DNA of 62,900 nucleotides, counting the filler, from Sphacelaria rigidula (Eukaryota): the NCBI GenBank assembly GCA_964200075.2. It is 6 parts of 6 records of this genome, joined end to end, with 100 filler letters (N's around TTAATTAATTAA, not from the genome) between each part and the next. Parts side by side here need not be neighbours in the genome. Positions count along the whole stretch, not along the records: positions 10,502 to 20,902 come from CAXNAA020006564.1; positions 21,003 to 31,402 come from CAXNAA020006565.1; 4 more parts are not named here. The stretch is one strand, 5' to 3'. The notes beneath the pieces were generated by a model. It made no database searches and was not told the origin of the DNA. It worked only from the letters and a program-made list of their open reading frames with translations. The translations under genes and the position numbers were made by a program. Every line of letters starts with the position of its first letter. The first letter of the stretch is position 1. This document shows positions 12,280 through 24,600 of this stretch, piece by piece.

Positions 12280-14463
12280 GTGGTCCAGGCGGCGGGGCGT
12301 TGCGTGGCGGCCGCGGAAGTCGGAACCGCGGCGGCTACGTTGGAGATGGAGAGGGCGGAGGCCATTCGGAGTAGCAAGCGTGCAGAGGCGGACGGGGAGG
12401 CCTCTCGATTCTCGGAAGCGCTAAAGCACCAGGAGGGGGTTATTGCTGCGTGCGAGCAGCAGGCGGGGCCGCTTTTCCGCAGCTGGGCGCCGCAGCTGCA
12501 ACGGACGCGTGACTCAGAGCCGGCGTTTAATTGTGTGCCCTCCCCTCAACCGGTGATGGGAGTTGGGGGCGTATCCCCGGCGGCGGCGCCGGGGTCTGGA
12601 GGGTTGGCCGCTGTGGGACCGCCGATGGTCCCGCCCACGGCTCCGTCGGGTTCCGCGCGGAGAGCCGGGGACGGCGTGGTGATGGCGGTCGCCGCTCCGT
12701 TTGTTGCGAGTGACGGGCCTAGATGCGGCAGCCCTATTTCGGCCCGCGGGTGGGCGAGGGGAGCGGTCGGCTGTGCCTCCGGTGCGCCGGGTGGGACGGC
12801 GGCCGCGGGGGGGGGCGTTTTTCGGGCGGGCCTCGACGGGTCGCGCGGAGCACCGGCCCCTCCCTCGGATTGGACGCGTGATGGTGGCCTCGACTTATCG
12901 TCTCGGGCCTCTGATGAGTGGGGGGGGAGGGGGGGGGGCGGGGAGCTTGCGCTGCCCCGCCTCTCTGAGACGGACGTCGATTACTGTTTCTCCCACTGCC
13001 CCCAGGGGATGTCTTTGCTGGGGTTTTGCCGGCAAATCCGGGCCTGGGAGGATGAGCAGCGGGAGCTGCTACGGAGCGGTGGAGGAAGTTTGGCGAGGCT
13101 CGCGGTCTTGGACGCCCAAGGTGGTGGGGCGCCGGCACCAGCAGAGGGTGCCCGGATCCAGCCGGGTTTTCGGGCGGGCGGGCAAGAGCGCCGGGACACC
13201 AAGAGGGGGGTGGTGTCTGACGGGACCAGGGTGATGCCCGATTGTTGTGTTGCTCACGGGTCGCCTAAAGAGGAGGGTTCTCGGGCGGAGGGGGGGTCTC
13301 TCGGGACGGCAGGCTCGGGTGATGGTTTCCCTTCGTTTTATACGGCTCACATTGCGTAGGGTCATGCAAAGCTCAAGCTTGATTTGCTGGTGAACCTGCC
13401 AAAGTTGCCGTAGTCCTCTACGCATAGCATGCAGCAGTTAGTGGCGTCAATTGAAGATGTGAAAGATTCGGTGCCTGCCATGCGTCTCATTGTGGGGGAT
13501 ACCCACCTCACGCGTTGGACGCTGGGCTGGGAAAAGACCCTCCAGAAACACCAGCGGCGGGCGGTGCGGCCGGGGGCGCCGGAAGCCCCGGGTGTCGTGG
13601 CTCGGATCGGGGATGTGATCTCCCACATGTCTCGCCTACAGGGGGAGGGTGCCTCGGGGCCCGGGGCTATGGCTTTTCTGGTGCGGGTGCTGAGTCGGGA
13701 GTTAAGCAACTTGACGCCGGACGCCGTGCTACGTGAGTTGATCAATTTCCGGGCGGCTGAGGGGTCGTTCTTCGCCGACTACTTGCGTGACCTCCGGATC
13801 TTGGTGAGTAATGTCAAGTGTCTGGGAGCCGGAATGACTCCGGACCAGGCCCAAGTGCAGTCGGCAATTAAAATGGCCATCCAGGATCAGTTCCCCGGGA
13901 TTGGTGGTCACGTGTTTGCGGCTTGCGGTGATTGTGCGACGCCGTTCGACTCCCTCGAGTCGCTGATGGGCAAGTTGGACCAGTTTAGATCCAACACGAT
14001 GTGGGCGCACGCGCTGCGACTCGTGCAGGATTCTGGAGGGGGGGCGGTGCGTAGCCGTTATCCGCCCAAGTCAGGCCAGGGTAAGTCTTTCGGCGGGACC
14101 GTGATGAGCATCACGGTAATGCGCAATTTGCCCGGCGAGGATCGCGAGATGGAATATGTGTATATGGTGGGGCGGGGTAATTCGGGCAGGTTCGGCAAGA
14201 GTAGGGACACTCCGTTCTATGAGTCTTTCCCCACCCGGGAGCTGAAGAACGAAGCGCGGGAAGCATTCGGGCCGCATTGTCTCAACTGCGGCAGCCCCGA
14301 CCACACATTGGCTCGCGAGTGTCCGGAGGAGTACATTAATAAATCGGGTTTAATGCATTACTCGATGGGCGAGGGGGCGCCGGAGGAAGTCCGCCAGAAA
14401 TGGGTGCGGTGGCAACGCCGCCTGCGCTCTTACTTTGTCGACAACTACCCTCATAAGAAATGA
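12280..14463 (+). pseudogene. gag: gag with a long GC-rich N-terminal region and two in-frame TAG stops
   Basis: ORFs 12280 and 13429 are in the same frame. C-terminal zinc knuckle CLNCGSPDHTLAREC. ORFs at 11393 and 11747 are probably frameshifted upstream parts. Confidence 0.7.
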
Positions 14464-14841
14464 GGTTGCGACGGTAAAGTTATGGCCACTTCACCGGCAG
14501 CACAAGGGTCAGTGCAACATGGTGCTCGTCGAGTGTGCGTTGGTCTTACCGGGGATGAAATTGGGGTCAGCAGGGTTGCCGTTGGTACCTTGCTCGCTCA
14601 ACGATGCGGAAATTTCCGGGTTGCTGGACCCGGCACCAACAGCCGTTTTTGCAGTCGAGCCGGCACTAGCGGAGCCGTCGGAGGCCATGTTCGGTGATCT
14701 AAGTGCGGAGAAGCGTGCCGCGATTCGTCGTTTGTGGGAACGTATTCCTCCCCACTTACATAGCATCACCTTCGGTTTACAGGACAAGTACTGGCAGGTG
14801 GAGGATATTGATAAGTTGGCGAATGTGCTGTGCAAATTTTG

Positions 14842-15098
14842 CAAGGGTCGGACAAATTCATGATTCGTCTAGAAATCACTTGATTTTAGTTTGCTTGTTT
14901 CGTCCCGTACGAATCAATCCTTAGGCTTTGTTTTCAGCGTTGCAACCCAGGTATTCACAGCCCAGGCACGCGTCATCGCGCAAAATGTGCGTGGGGACCT
15001 TTTTGACCTGCGGTCGACTTTTTTCTCTCTTCAAGAAAACAGGCCTGAAATGCCGCGGATTTGGTGATTCGAACTGGGGATGATTCGTCCGAACCGTG
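14842..15098. mobile_element. hAT-like MITE (257 bp) inserted in pol
   Basis: Imperfect TIRs CAAGGGTCGGACAAATTCAT / ATGATTCGTCCGAACCGTG. Degenerate 8-bp TSD AAATTTTG/AAATTTCC. Removing it rejoins LCKF-PHRFS. Confidence 0.75.
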
Positions 15099-17472
15099 AA
15101 ATTTCCTCACAGATTTTCGGCGAATAAAATGGATTTGGGGTATTGTACGGTGGATCCGTTCAAAATCGAATTGAAGCCGGGGGCTAACCCCATCAAACAA
15201 CGGCCTTACCGTCGCAACCTGGCCACGCAACAGAAGGTGCAGATGGAAATTGACTGGTTATTAGCGGCGGGGCTCCTGCGACGTTCTTATTCCAATTGGA
15301 GCTCCCCGTTGGTGGTAGTAGACAAGAAGGATGGAGGCATTCGGTTGACGTGCAATTATGGGAAACTTAATGACACCACTGCCATTCCGATCCTGCCCAT
15401 TCCTACTATATCGACGAGCTGTTAGATGAGCAAGGGGGTGCCAAGGTTTTCACCTGCTTTGATATTATGTCTGGTAATTTTGACATCTCCATTCATCCTG
15501 ATACCACTCCACTTACCACTGTGTGTACTCAATCGGGATTGTACGAATGGTTGGTGATGCCCATGGGATGCCGTGGGAGCCCAGGGTGGTTTCATTCCAC
15601 CATGGCTCGGGTGTGTGAGAGTCTGGTGCGTTGCCGGTTGTACATCGATGCTATTTGCACGTTCAGTGCAAATGGGGCTGAACATGTGAGCGATTTATCG
15701 GGTTTTTTGGGACACCTCACCAACCTCAACCTTAAATTGGCACCCGAGAAGACTCATGTGGGGGCGGGTGAGGTCACTTCCCTTGGTCATCGTATCTCGG
15801 CTGGCGGAATTTCGCCTGACTCTAGGAAGGTAGACGCCCTGCGCCTCATGCCGGTGCCTACCTCTGTGACTGAGCTGCGTTCGCTCATGGGGGTTGAGTT
15901 AACACCGCAAATTCATCCCTAAAATGGCGGCTCGCACCAAATCCATTAACGGGCTGTTGAAAAAGGGGGTTGAGTTTCATCTCACGCCGGAACAAGAGGA
16001 AACGGTGCGCGAAATTCTGGGAGAGCTATCCGGTCCGAAAAAAAACATATTTCCCGGATTATGTTAGAGCGGTATCGAGTGGTCGTCCTTTCATGTTGTT
16101 TACGGACGCGAGTAAAGATGGGTTGGGGGCGGCGATGGAGCAACGTCATTCGGAAGGTGACGTGCGGCCGTTGTATTTTATGAGCCGCAGTACTTTGCCT
16201 AACGAGCGTAACTGGGCTGCCCCCGAGTTGGAAGCGGGTGCGATTGTTTGGGCCGTCAAGAAAAACCAGCCGCTGTTCTGTGGGATTCCTTTCCAATTTT
16301 TCAGCGACCATCAACCTTCGTGCAGTTTGTTCAGTCTTGCTGAGAAAGTGCCTACGGTCCAGCGTTGGCAAGATTTTCTCTGTGCCTACACCTATCAGAT
16401 ATTTTACCAGCCTGGGATGACGAATTCCAACGCCGACATGCTATCGCGTCTTCCTCTTGCTCACAGCGAAGAAGATGTAAGTGGACGTTTTCGAATCTCT
16501 CACCCGGCTGATTTAGATGTTCACTTTATCGGTGCCAGTGAGGTGGCGCCGCGGGATTTTGGACCCTCCCATTTTGCCAGCTTGGATGGACTTCCCTCTG
16601 TGTTGTCGGGTCCCCGTGCTTCACGCTTTGATGAGCTTGCTCTCCGGGGTAATTTTCAGGGGGGGAGAGTGCACCTTCGGCCGCTCCACTGACTTCGTCA
16701 GAGACAGCGGATGTCATATAGGATCGGATTCAGAAGAGACTAAAATCAACAAGTTCTACACTGGGCAGGAAGAACCCGGAAGTGGTAGAAGATGACTCAC
16801 GGCTTCTCTCCCTAAGTGTTACCGATGTGGTGTGTGGGCAGTGGGAACCGGGGTTGTGCTTGCATGCTTGTCCCGTTACTGAAGTGGGTAAATATTTGTT
16901 ACCCGAGACGACGGGCTCGGAATTTTTTTGTAATCACGGGTTAAGGTACGCCTGCGCTCACTCTGGAAGCGGCGGAAGCGTATAATTTTGGGGGGCGGTT
17001 GTGTGCCAAGTCAGCAAGTGACTGGGCGCAAATCCAACTTACTGATCTGACCGCTCGAACGACTGCGCGTATCTCTCACAGGGAAAGACAACACTCCCAA
17101 AGGAAGAGGGGAAAGCTGTGGATAGCGGGATTGACAGGAAAGAGCTCCAAGCTCTGGTGAAACAAGGTGAATTGTTTGAGCTGGCGGACGGTGGGAAGCT
17201 GCTAGACAAAAAGCTGACGGTCACGCCCTTGGAGTCGGAGGATCGGAACCCAGATATTTTCGAGAGATACATCGGAGAACAACCGGTGAGAGCCCATGTC
17301 CCTTTGTTGCTGAGGCCATGGGTAATGGACCAAACGCACAAGGAAGCAGTACATCTGGGGGGAAAATGACTATCTCTTCTGCAACGGTACTATTGGTGGA
17401 TAGGGATGAAAAAAAGTGTGACATTCTGGATTCCACGCTGTTGCTCATGTCAGGCCAAGAAATCTGATCGGT

Positions 17473-17724
17473 GAGTCATCCTCCGATAGGGGGGGGGGGG
17501 TATTTGGTTGCACGAAAAAAGAGGCTCATAGGCGTGTCAGACGACCTGCCACACTTGCGTTGCGCTTGTATTTGGTTTCAAAGGGTGTCAGGCAGTATGG
17601 ATGAGCGCTATTAGTCCACAACAAGCTCGTTCGAACAACCTTTGCTGCTTTCAACGACGATTTGACTCGGAATTTCGTGCAAGAAATGGCCCAAAATACC
17701 CCCCCCCCTATCGTAGGATGACTC
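17473..17724. mobile_element. MITE (252 bp) with GAG termini and 4-bp TSD CGGT (Sola-like)
   Basis: About 35-bp TIRs GAGTCATCCT(C/A)CGATAG-polyG-TATTT. TSD CGGT on both sides. Removal restores KSDRFTVRWPLV of the integrase region. Confidence 0.9.
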
Positions 17725-17920
17725 CGGTTTACGGTGCGGTGGCCTCTAGTCTCGCTGCCACTACCGAGTCGGCCAGGGCAAATGGTAGCGTTTGATTTCC
17801 TTGCTCCTTTGCCGAAAACGAAGAGGAGCAACAGATATATTTTCCTCACGGTCGATCTGTTTGGTAGGAACGCGGAAGCTTACGCGATCACCTCCGAAGA
17901 GCACTCGGCTACCGGGTGTG

Positions 17921-18170
17921 GACACTTTCTACGATAGCCCCCACCAAAATAGTGCATGGTGTTGGGAGGCAAAATCTTCACGTAAATCAAAATGAGAAAA
18001 GGCGAGCACAACGAGCAGCTGGGAATTCCCACGTTAGGGTTCATTCCAGCGAATGTCGCAAATATGAAGCGCTTGATGCAGCCTGAACCCAAACATTCGG
18101 CGCTGTATGGCCATTTTTTTCGTGACACTTTTGGGCTGGTTTGGGGGGGGGGGCTATCGTAGAAAGTGTG
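17921..18170. mobile_element. MITE (250 bp) with 4-bp TSD TGTG
   Basis: TIRs (G/C)ACACTTTCTACGATAGCCCCC. Removal restores TGCATIIV in the integrase. Confidence 0.9.
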
Positions 18171-20370
18171 TGTGCTACAATCATAGTGGGGGAATATGTG
18201 CCACGATCGGGTTGCCCGCACACTTTCTTGCCGGATCGGGGGGCGGAGTTCACTTCCGCGGTGTGTAGGTCGGTTTATAAAATGATGGGTGCGGTAAAAC
18301 GGTTCACAAGCTCGAATCACCCTCAGACGAATGGGATGGTGGAACGGTTGGATCACACCTTCTGTCAAATAAATGCTGTCTTATTTGGAGGTGGACGATC
18401 AGAGCAACTGGGATGGGTCTCTAATGCATGCGATCTCAGCACACAACAATAATATCAGTAGGGGTATCGGATTGTCTCCAAATGAGGTACATATTGAACG
18501 CTACCCGCGCATGCCCGTGATCATTCTGGAAGGTAGGGGGGTGCGGGGGCACCAGGGTTTGAAGACCGATCAGTTGCACTATCTCCCACTGATGAAAGAA
18601 CGACAGGTAAAGGCGTACAGATTGGTGAGACAAGAGGGTTTGTTTAATAAATGAAAAAACACGAAGCCAAGAACCAGGGTATTGAGAAAATGGCAAACCA
18701 CCGGCCGAAATGGCAAGCGGGTCAGTGGGTATTGGTGTATGATGACAAAAACACCATCGCCGCGGGGGGATAAGGTGGTGCAGGTGGCGTCGAATACAGC
18801 CCGGACGTCTTTGGCGCTGTCAGCGGAGCCGGCTCAGTGTTGGACGGGGCCATACAAACTTTTGTTGGTAGAACGAGCCTCGGAGGATGAACAGATTGAT
18901 AGGAACTTACTGTTTCTGGAGATTCGACAAAACGAGCCAGGGGTAAACATGAATTCCAGGGTATCAGTGGCGAGGTGTAAGAGGTGTTACAACCCCCATG
19001 AGGGGTCGGACAACGAGATTTCTGCCCTAGGGGCTTAGCCAATATCTGATCAACAAGTATTCCGAACGATCGCCTCCTCTGCATCCCACAGCGGAAGACG
19101 TCACGATGGAGTTGGACACCCACAGGATATTGCCTGATCAACTGGTGAAACACAGGTTGACTCGGGGGGCGGGTGGTTATCTGGCGGTACAATACCTCAC
19201 GCATTGGGGCGGTTTGGATGTTCCTAGGTCGGAGCATGAACCCGGCCTTGAGCAGTACGGCCGACAGGTAATTTTGAAGTATTGGTCAGGCGAACCAACA
19301 CGGGTTGAAGGTGACAATGCGCAATACCGGAAATATCGCATTCTTTTGTCGCGCATATAACGGCGCACGAACGGGGTGGATATTACGTGGCGCCGGGGTA
19401 TAAGGTGTCTGGACGAAGGAAGGATGGGATGTGTACAACTCTGACATTGTGGGCGCTCACGTATATTTTATAAACGGCTTCTGCAGGTTGGCAGTTGTCC
19501 GAGGTGGTGGGCTTGAGGAGAACCCAGGTCAGCGGGAGCGTCCACACGTTCTCTGCATGATGGACTTGGGGCGGAAATACGCGGTATATCTGAAGTGGGC
19601 CACCCTCGATAAGAGCCGTGGTCAACCGGGTGACTGGTGCTGGTATATTCCCATGCTGCGGAAAACCGTCAAATCACGCGCATGGCTGGTGAATGGGCAA
19701 GGATTTTGTTTAGTGCTGGAACTGGTGCGGGCACATTCCCATGCGGTGGAACCCTCAAATATTCCGCGCATATGGATGGTGGGGCAGGACAAATAGAGGT
19801 GGAACTAGACGTGGCGAACGTGCGAGTTTGATGTTTGAAATCTGGCAATCATGGAGGGGGGGAGCTATCCGACGCGCGGCGGCGGGAGCTGGGCGGGGCG
19901 CTGCAGAGCTGCATGCAAGAACGAGCAGGAGGACGACGCGAATGATTGATGTAACGGCTGGAGCACGGAGAAAAATTGACTCATATCCATTTGTGGTCTT
20001 TGCGCGGACTTTTCTTGGTGGATTGAAATCTGGAGCCGGATTTACCGCCGCTTCCGATTTCCCCATTCCTTGCGAGCGGATGTATCCAGAGGTGGTGACT
20101 GTGAAAACTAGTAGCAACATGAAATGTGTCTTCTGTTTTTGGAATGTCTCCAATTGCCTTTGCCTCTGTTTTCTGTTGATTCACGTAGGATTTAGACAGT
20201 GTGACCATCTTCTCGTGTAGTGTTTTCTTCTGGTTTTTATTTCGTCATGGTTGGATATCGAGCCGGAGCCGTCATCTCCGTCGATTTCCCACTCCTTGGA
20301 GGCGGACATATCCGGAGTCAGTCGGCGTTTGGGGTCGGGGTTGTCTTTGTTAGATACAGGACTAAAGTAC

Positions 20371-20385
20371 AAAAAGCGGGGGGGG
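20371..20385 (+). promoter_or_regulatory. Polypurine tract
   Basis: AAAAAGCGGGGGGGG immediately before the LTR start TGAAC. Confidence 0.8.
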
Positions 20386-20902
20386 TGAACAACTGAGCTC
20401 GCCCCGGTATATGTTGTTTGCACAGAGTAAGGTCCGTCTTTGACCAAACTTGGTGTTCACAGGATGGGCTGATGTGGTGAGCTCAGATTTCAGTGACTGT
20501 GAGTAAAAGGAGTGTCATCAGGGTATAGTAAAGTATGACTGCAGTACCGCATTGGGGAGGCTTTGACAGTTCCTAGAGGGTTGGCACAGACAGGTTTGAT
20601 GTTGACACAGGCAGGGTTAATGCAGGAGAATTGCACAGACTGTGTTAATGTGGATGCGAGAGGGCCAAGAGTCGGGGATATGTCCTTTGGCCAGGAGTGT
20701 CTTGATTAGATGCTTAGGGACGGTTGGGGGGCGAATAGAGTAGCAAGGAGCTGTCAAAACAGCGCATAGAATGTGACGACCAGGTGCGGAGTATCTTCCC
20801 GTGGTGTTTTGGAGTGGGCAGTGCAGAGTTTGACACGCCTCACCTTGTTCAGTTCTCACCATCCCCACAACAATTGGGCTTTGGTTTTCGGCAAGAATAC
20901 TA
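20386..20902 (+). repeat. 5' part of the LTR (reconstructed LTR about 728 bp)
   Basis: Starts TGAAC after the PPT. The last 127 bp duplicate the contig start. Confidence 0.8.
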
Positions 20903-21002
20903 NNNNNNNNNNNNNNNNNNNNNNNNNNNNNNNNNNNNNNNNNNNNTTAATTAATTAANNNNNNNNNNNNNNNNNNNNNNNNNNNNNNNNNNNNNNNNNN
21001 NN
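20903..21002. other. Artificial contig spacer
   Basis: N44-TTAATTAATTAA-N44. Confidence 0.99.
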
Positions 21003-21109
21003 ACGAGATAAGCGTTGTGTCCATTAATGCAGGCACAACCCGCCGCAGAGAGCCTCGAAAAGCCTACTCTCAATCGCACCATCCACTCTCAATCTCACGA
21101 AACTACTGT

Positions 21110-21582
21110 TATATGCAGCGGGATCTACAAAAACGGCGGTATCTCTTCGCCGATAGCTCCAATTGACCCCCGGATTTTTGCTGCTGATTTGTGTGACAAG
21201 GATGTTCATTTTTGCAAAAACGCTTATTGAAATCGTATGGCTCCTCCCTGGCAAAAAAACCCTTGATTCATTTTTCTTCAAAACTTATGCACGGGCCACG
21301 AGCGCACACATGCGAAGTTTCAAATCTTTTGTGCACAATGGCGCCGAGTTATGCAGCCAAAGGTTGACACTTTTACTCCTTAAAACAGCCCTTCTGAACG
21401 ACTCCACGCAAACCCCCCCGGGCGCACACGAGGCCAGTCACACAGCAGGGGAGTCGAAAGCCGCCGTTTCTGTGTGCTGTGGCGACGCCGTCGAGCTTTT
21501 CTCGAGGCGCGACTGCTGCTGAGACATGGAGACACACCCACCTTTCGCTGCGCCAGAGATGCCTAGAGACGCCGTGTCACTC

Positions 21583-21617
<35 letters not shown>

Positions 21618-24600
21618 ACTGCTGTTTATCTCCTTTGGCTGTACCCGGAGGTTTTGTGTGTGTGCGTGCGTGCAGCGACAGTAGCAGAAGTGGAAAAGCA
21701 GCAGCAAAGCAGCAGCGGCGCGAGATTGGTTCTGTGGTTCTGAAATGTTTCGGTTCGGCACACATGCAGCGGGATCTAAAAATACGGCTGTATTTCGGGC
21801 TGGAAGAGAACGTCACCTCGAAGGGTGTCACCATTCGATCGTGGCTGAAGATCTCCTGCTACCCTGTTTCAGAGAGCAGCGGCAAGTCGCCGGTGGTCGG
21901 TGGTTCAGCCATGTTCGTCGAAATGCCACTGGGCGAGGGTTCGGCGGACGGGCCGCGACAACACCAAGCATTGTAGAACTACGATGACAACACCATGCCG
22001 ACGTTGAACTCGAGATGCACGCTGAGATCACTGCCGTCAACTTGGTGCAAGGCACGGAATTCGAACAGTGAAATACGAAAAAATCTCTAAAACCACTTCT
22101 GATCAAGCAGAAGTCCGAAACCACGCATACCGATGTTTGTCGACCCTACATCATCGCGATCCATCTTGAGATGGGCGCGTTTGATTTGAATTGTGGTGTC
22201 GGGCACACACGGGCGCTGCCGCGTTCAATAGCTCATTTTTCAAATCTGCTCTGTGAACAAAAAAAGAAACGAACATCATGAACAACATCACGATCGACGC
22301 CGCCACAGGTGACATTGTTGTCAAGACGCTCATCAAGCACATCATGCCAAAACTGCATGACTCGAGCATCCTGAAAGCAGTGCACCGCAACCTTGAGGGC
22401 TCTCTTGGTCCTAAAATGGAGAAGCGTCTGATAAACGGAAGACTGATATCTATCGGCTCACTCGAGCTGTGCTACGAACTCCTTGATAAAATGAAAGGAC
22501 CCCTTTGGGACGCGTGGCGCGCGGAATCGGGGCAGGAGTTCAAACAGGCTCTGTGTGAGCGTGTTCAACAAGCTCACTCATCTGTGCAAGCACAGAAACC
22601 ACAGCCGCTGCAAGAGCACTTGGACGAACAGCACGATCAGATCGAGCAATTCGAGCAAGTCGAACAAGGGAGACAAGCGGAGACAAAGGCATCTGTCCTG
22701 CAAAAAGCTTTCAGATCTATCAACATCCACAACTCTGTCAGGATCGACGAATCATGTGGCGAAGCATCGATCGTTGACGTCATCAAAATGCTGTGCCCGG
22801 GGACAAATTCGAACAATGCAGCGTTCATGTTGGCTCGCGTACTCAAAAAGGACGAAGATGACAAAGGACCACTTGATGTGGTCGACGCTCCTTGCCGATC
22901 CATCCCCCTTGCCGAACGCGTGAACTACATCAAAATCAACGGCAAGGGGCACGAGAACCCCGTAGGTGACGCCAAGACTATAGTAGAAATCATCTGGTTG
23001 CTACCGGCGCGCGCGGCCAAGGAATTCAGGCGTCAATCCGCAGAGACGATATGTCGCGTGCTTGGTGGCGATTTGTCGCTGTGTGACGAGATGGAGCAGC
23101 GCTGTGCCCGCCTGCAGGTTTTTGGATGCGACTCGAGTACGGCCAACACTTCCTTGAGGCGACATATTCTGGCATATCCCGACTTGGGGTCTCGGTGCAC
23201 CGAACTCCACGTTAATGGAAAGGGGAAGGAAACACCGGTCGCCGATGCAAAGTCCACACAAACTCCCCCGGCGCACACGAGGCCAGTCACATAGCAGGGG
23301 AGTCGAAAGCCGCCGTTTCTGTGTGCTGTGGCCCCCGCAAATCGATGTACTGCTGTGGATCCATATTTGAGGTAGATCTGGCCTCCCGCCCGAAAATCGA
23401 TGTATTGCTCTTGATCGATCTTCGAGGTGAAGCCGGGCTCCCTCTCGCAAATCGATGAATTTATCACATGCTTCCTAACTGTGAGTTTCTCATTGCTGCT
23501 GGTGTCGTGTGCATACGTGCAGCAGCAGCAGAAGTAGAGAAGCAGCAGCAGAGGCAGCGGCGCAAGATTGGTTCTGATTCCGAAGTTTTTCGGTTCGGCA
23601 CATGTACGGCGGGATCTACAAAAACGGCGATATCTCTTCGCCGACAGCTCCGATTGACCCCGGAGTTTTTGCTACTGGTTCGTGTGACAGGAGTGTTCAT
23701 TTTGTAGACAGAAAAACACGGGCGCTTGGCTCCTGCTCCGGTACGTACTGACATCGCTATTTAATTAAAAATAGATGGGGTACGAACAACATCAGTCATA
23801 CGGAGTAGATATTTTGGCTCTGTATTTCCAAGCATGCTTTCACTTTCGCCTAATAGCAGAAGTATCATTTACAGCACCAGCATCGAGCAACAGCAGCATA
23901 GAGTATATGATCGCATCCCAATCGCTTCTAAAAACGAGCGCAAGGTCAGCTCAGCAGTCACATCATACTGCTGTTGGACAAATCGACCGAGCCTCCCGCC
24001 CACAACCTGATGATCGATATTTAAGGTACCAAAGACCTGGCCTCTCCCCCGCAAATCGATGTACTGCTGTGGATCCATATTTGAGGAAGATCTGGCCTCC
24101 CTCCCGAAAATCAATACTGCTGTTGATCGATCTTCGAGGTGAAGCCGGGCTCCCTCTCGCAAATCGATGAATATATCACATGCTTCCTAACTGTGAGTTT
24201 CTCATTGCTGCTGGTGTTGTGTGCATACGTGCAGCAGCAGCAGAAGTAGAGAAGCAGCAGCAGAGGCAGCAGCGCAAGATTGAAGTTTTTAATATTTCGT
24301 GCACGATGATGCCGGGTTATGCAGCCAACGGTTTACACTTTTACAATCTGCTGTAAAGACATATATCAGCACTACGAAGCGAAATCGTCGCGAACAAACT
24401 TCCTAAACTTCCCCTTCGGATGTCTTACAGCGAACGGTGTTCTTCACTGACACCATAAAATCGTAGATCAAGATCTCCTGATGTAAAACTTCAAATGCCA
24501 TTTAAAAATCCAAATTGAGTTCGTTGCTGTTCATTTTTTTCCCAAAATTCGGCACGGGCCATGATCGCACACATGCGAAGTTTCACATCTTTCGTGCATA

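Larger units (their letters stand above)
14464..19730 (+). pseudogene. pol: pol (RT, RNase H, integrase, chromodomain, extra domain); frameshifted, no protease found
   Basis: RT: PIKQRPYR, WSSPLVVVDKKDGGIRL, GLYEWLVMPMG, and YIDA in place of YIDD. RNase H: LFTDASKDGLGA, ELEAGAIVWA, SDHQP, NADMLSR. Integrase: HKEAVHLG, FDFLAPLP, PDRGAEF, HPQTNGMVERL. Chromo-like: KHRLTRG...VQYLTHWGG. Confidence 0.9.
10502..20902 (+). mobile_element. Ty3/Gypsy (chromovirus-like) LTR retrotransposon, degenerate; the whole contig is one 10,274-bp unit with overlapping ends
   Basis: Order is LTR, PBS, gag (CCHC), RT, RNase H, integrase, chromodomain, PPT, LTR. Positions 10502-10628 are identical to 20776-20902 (127 bp). 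Confidence 0.93.
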
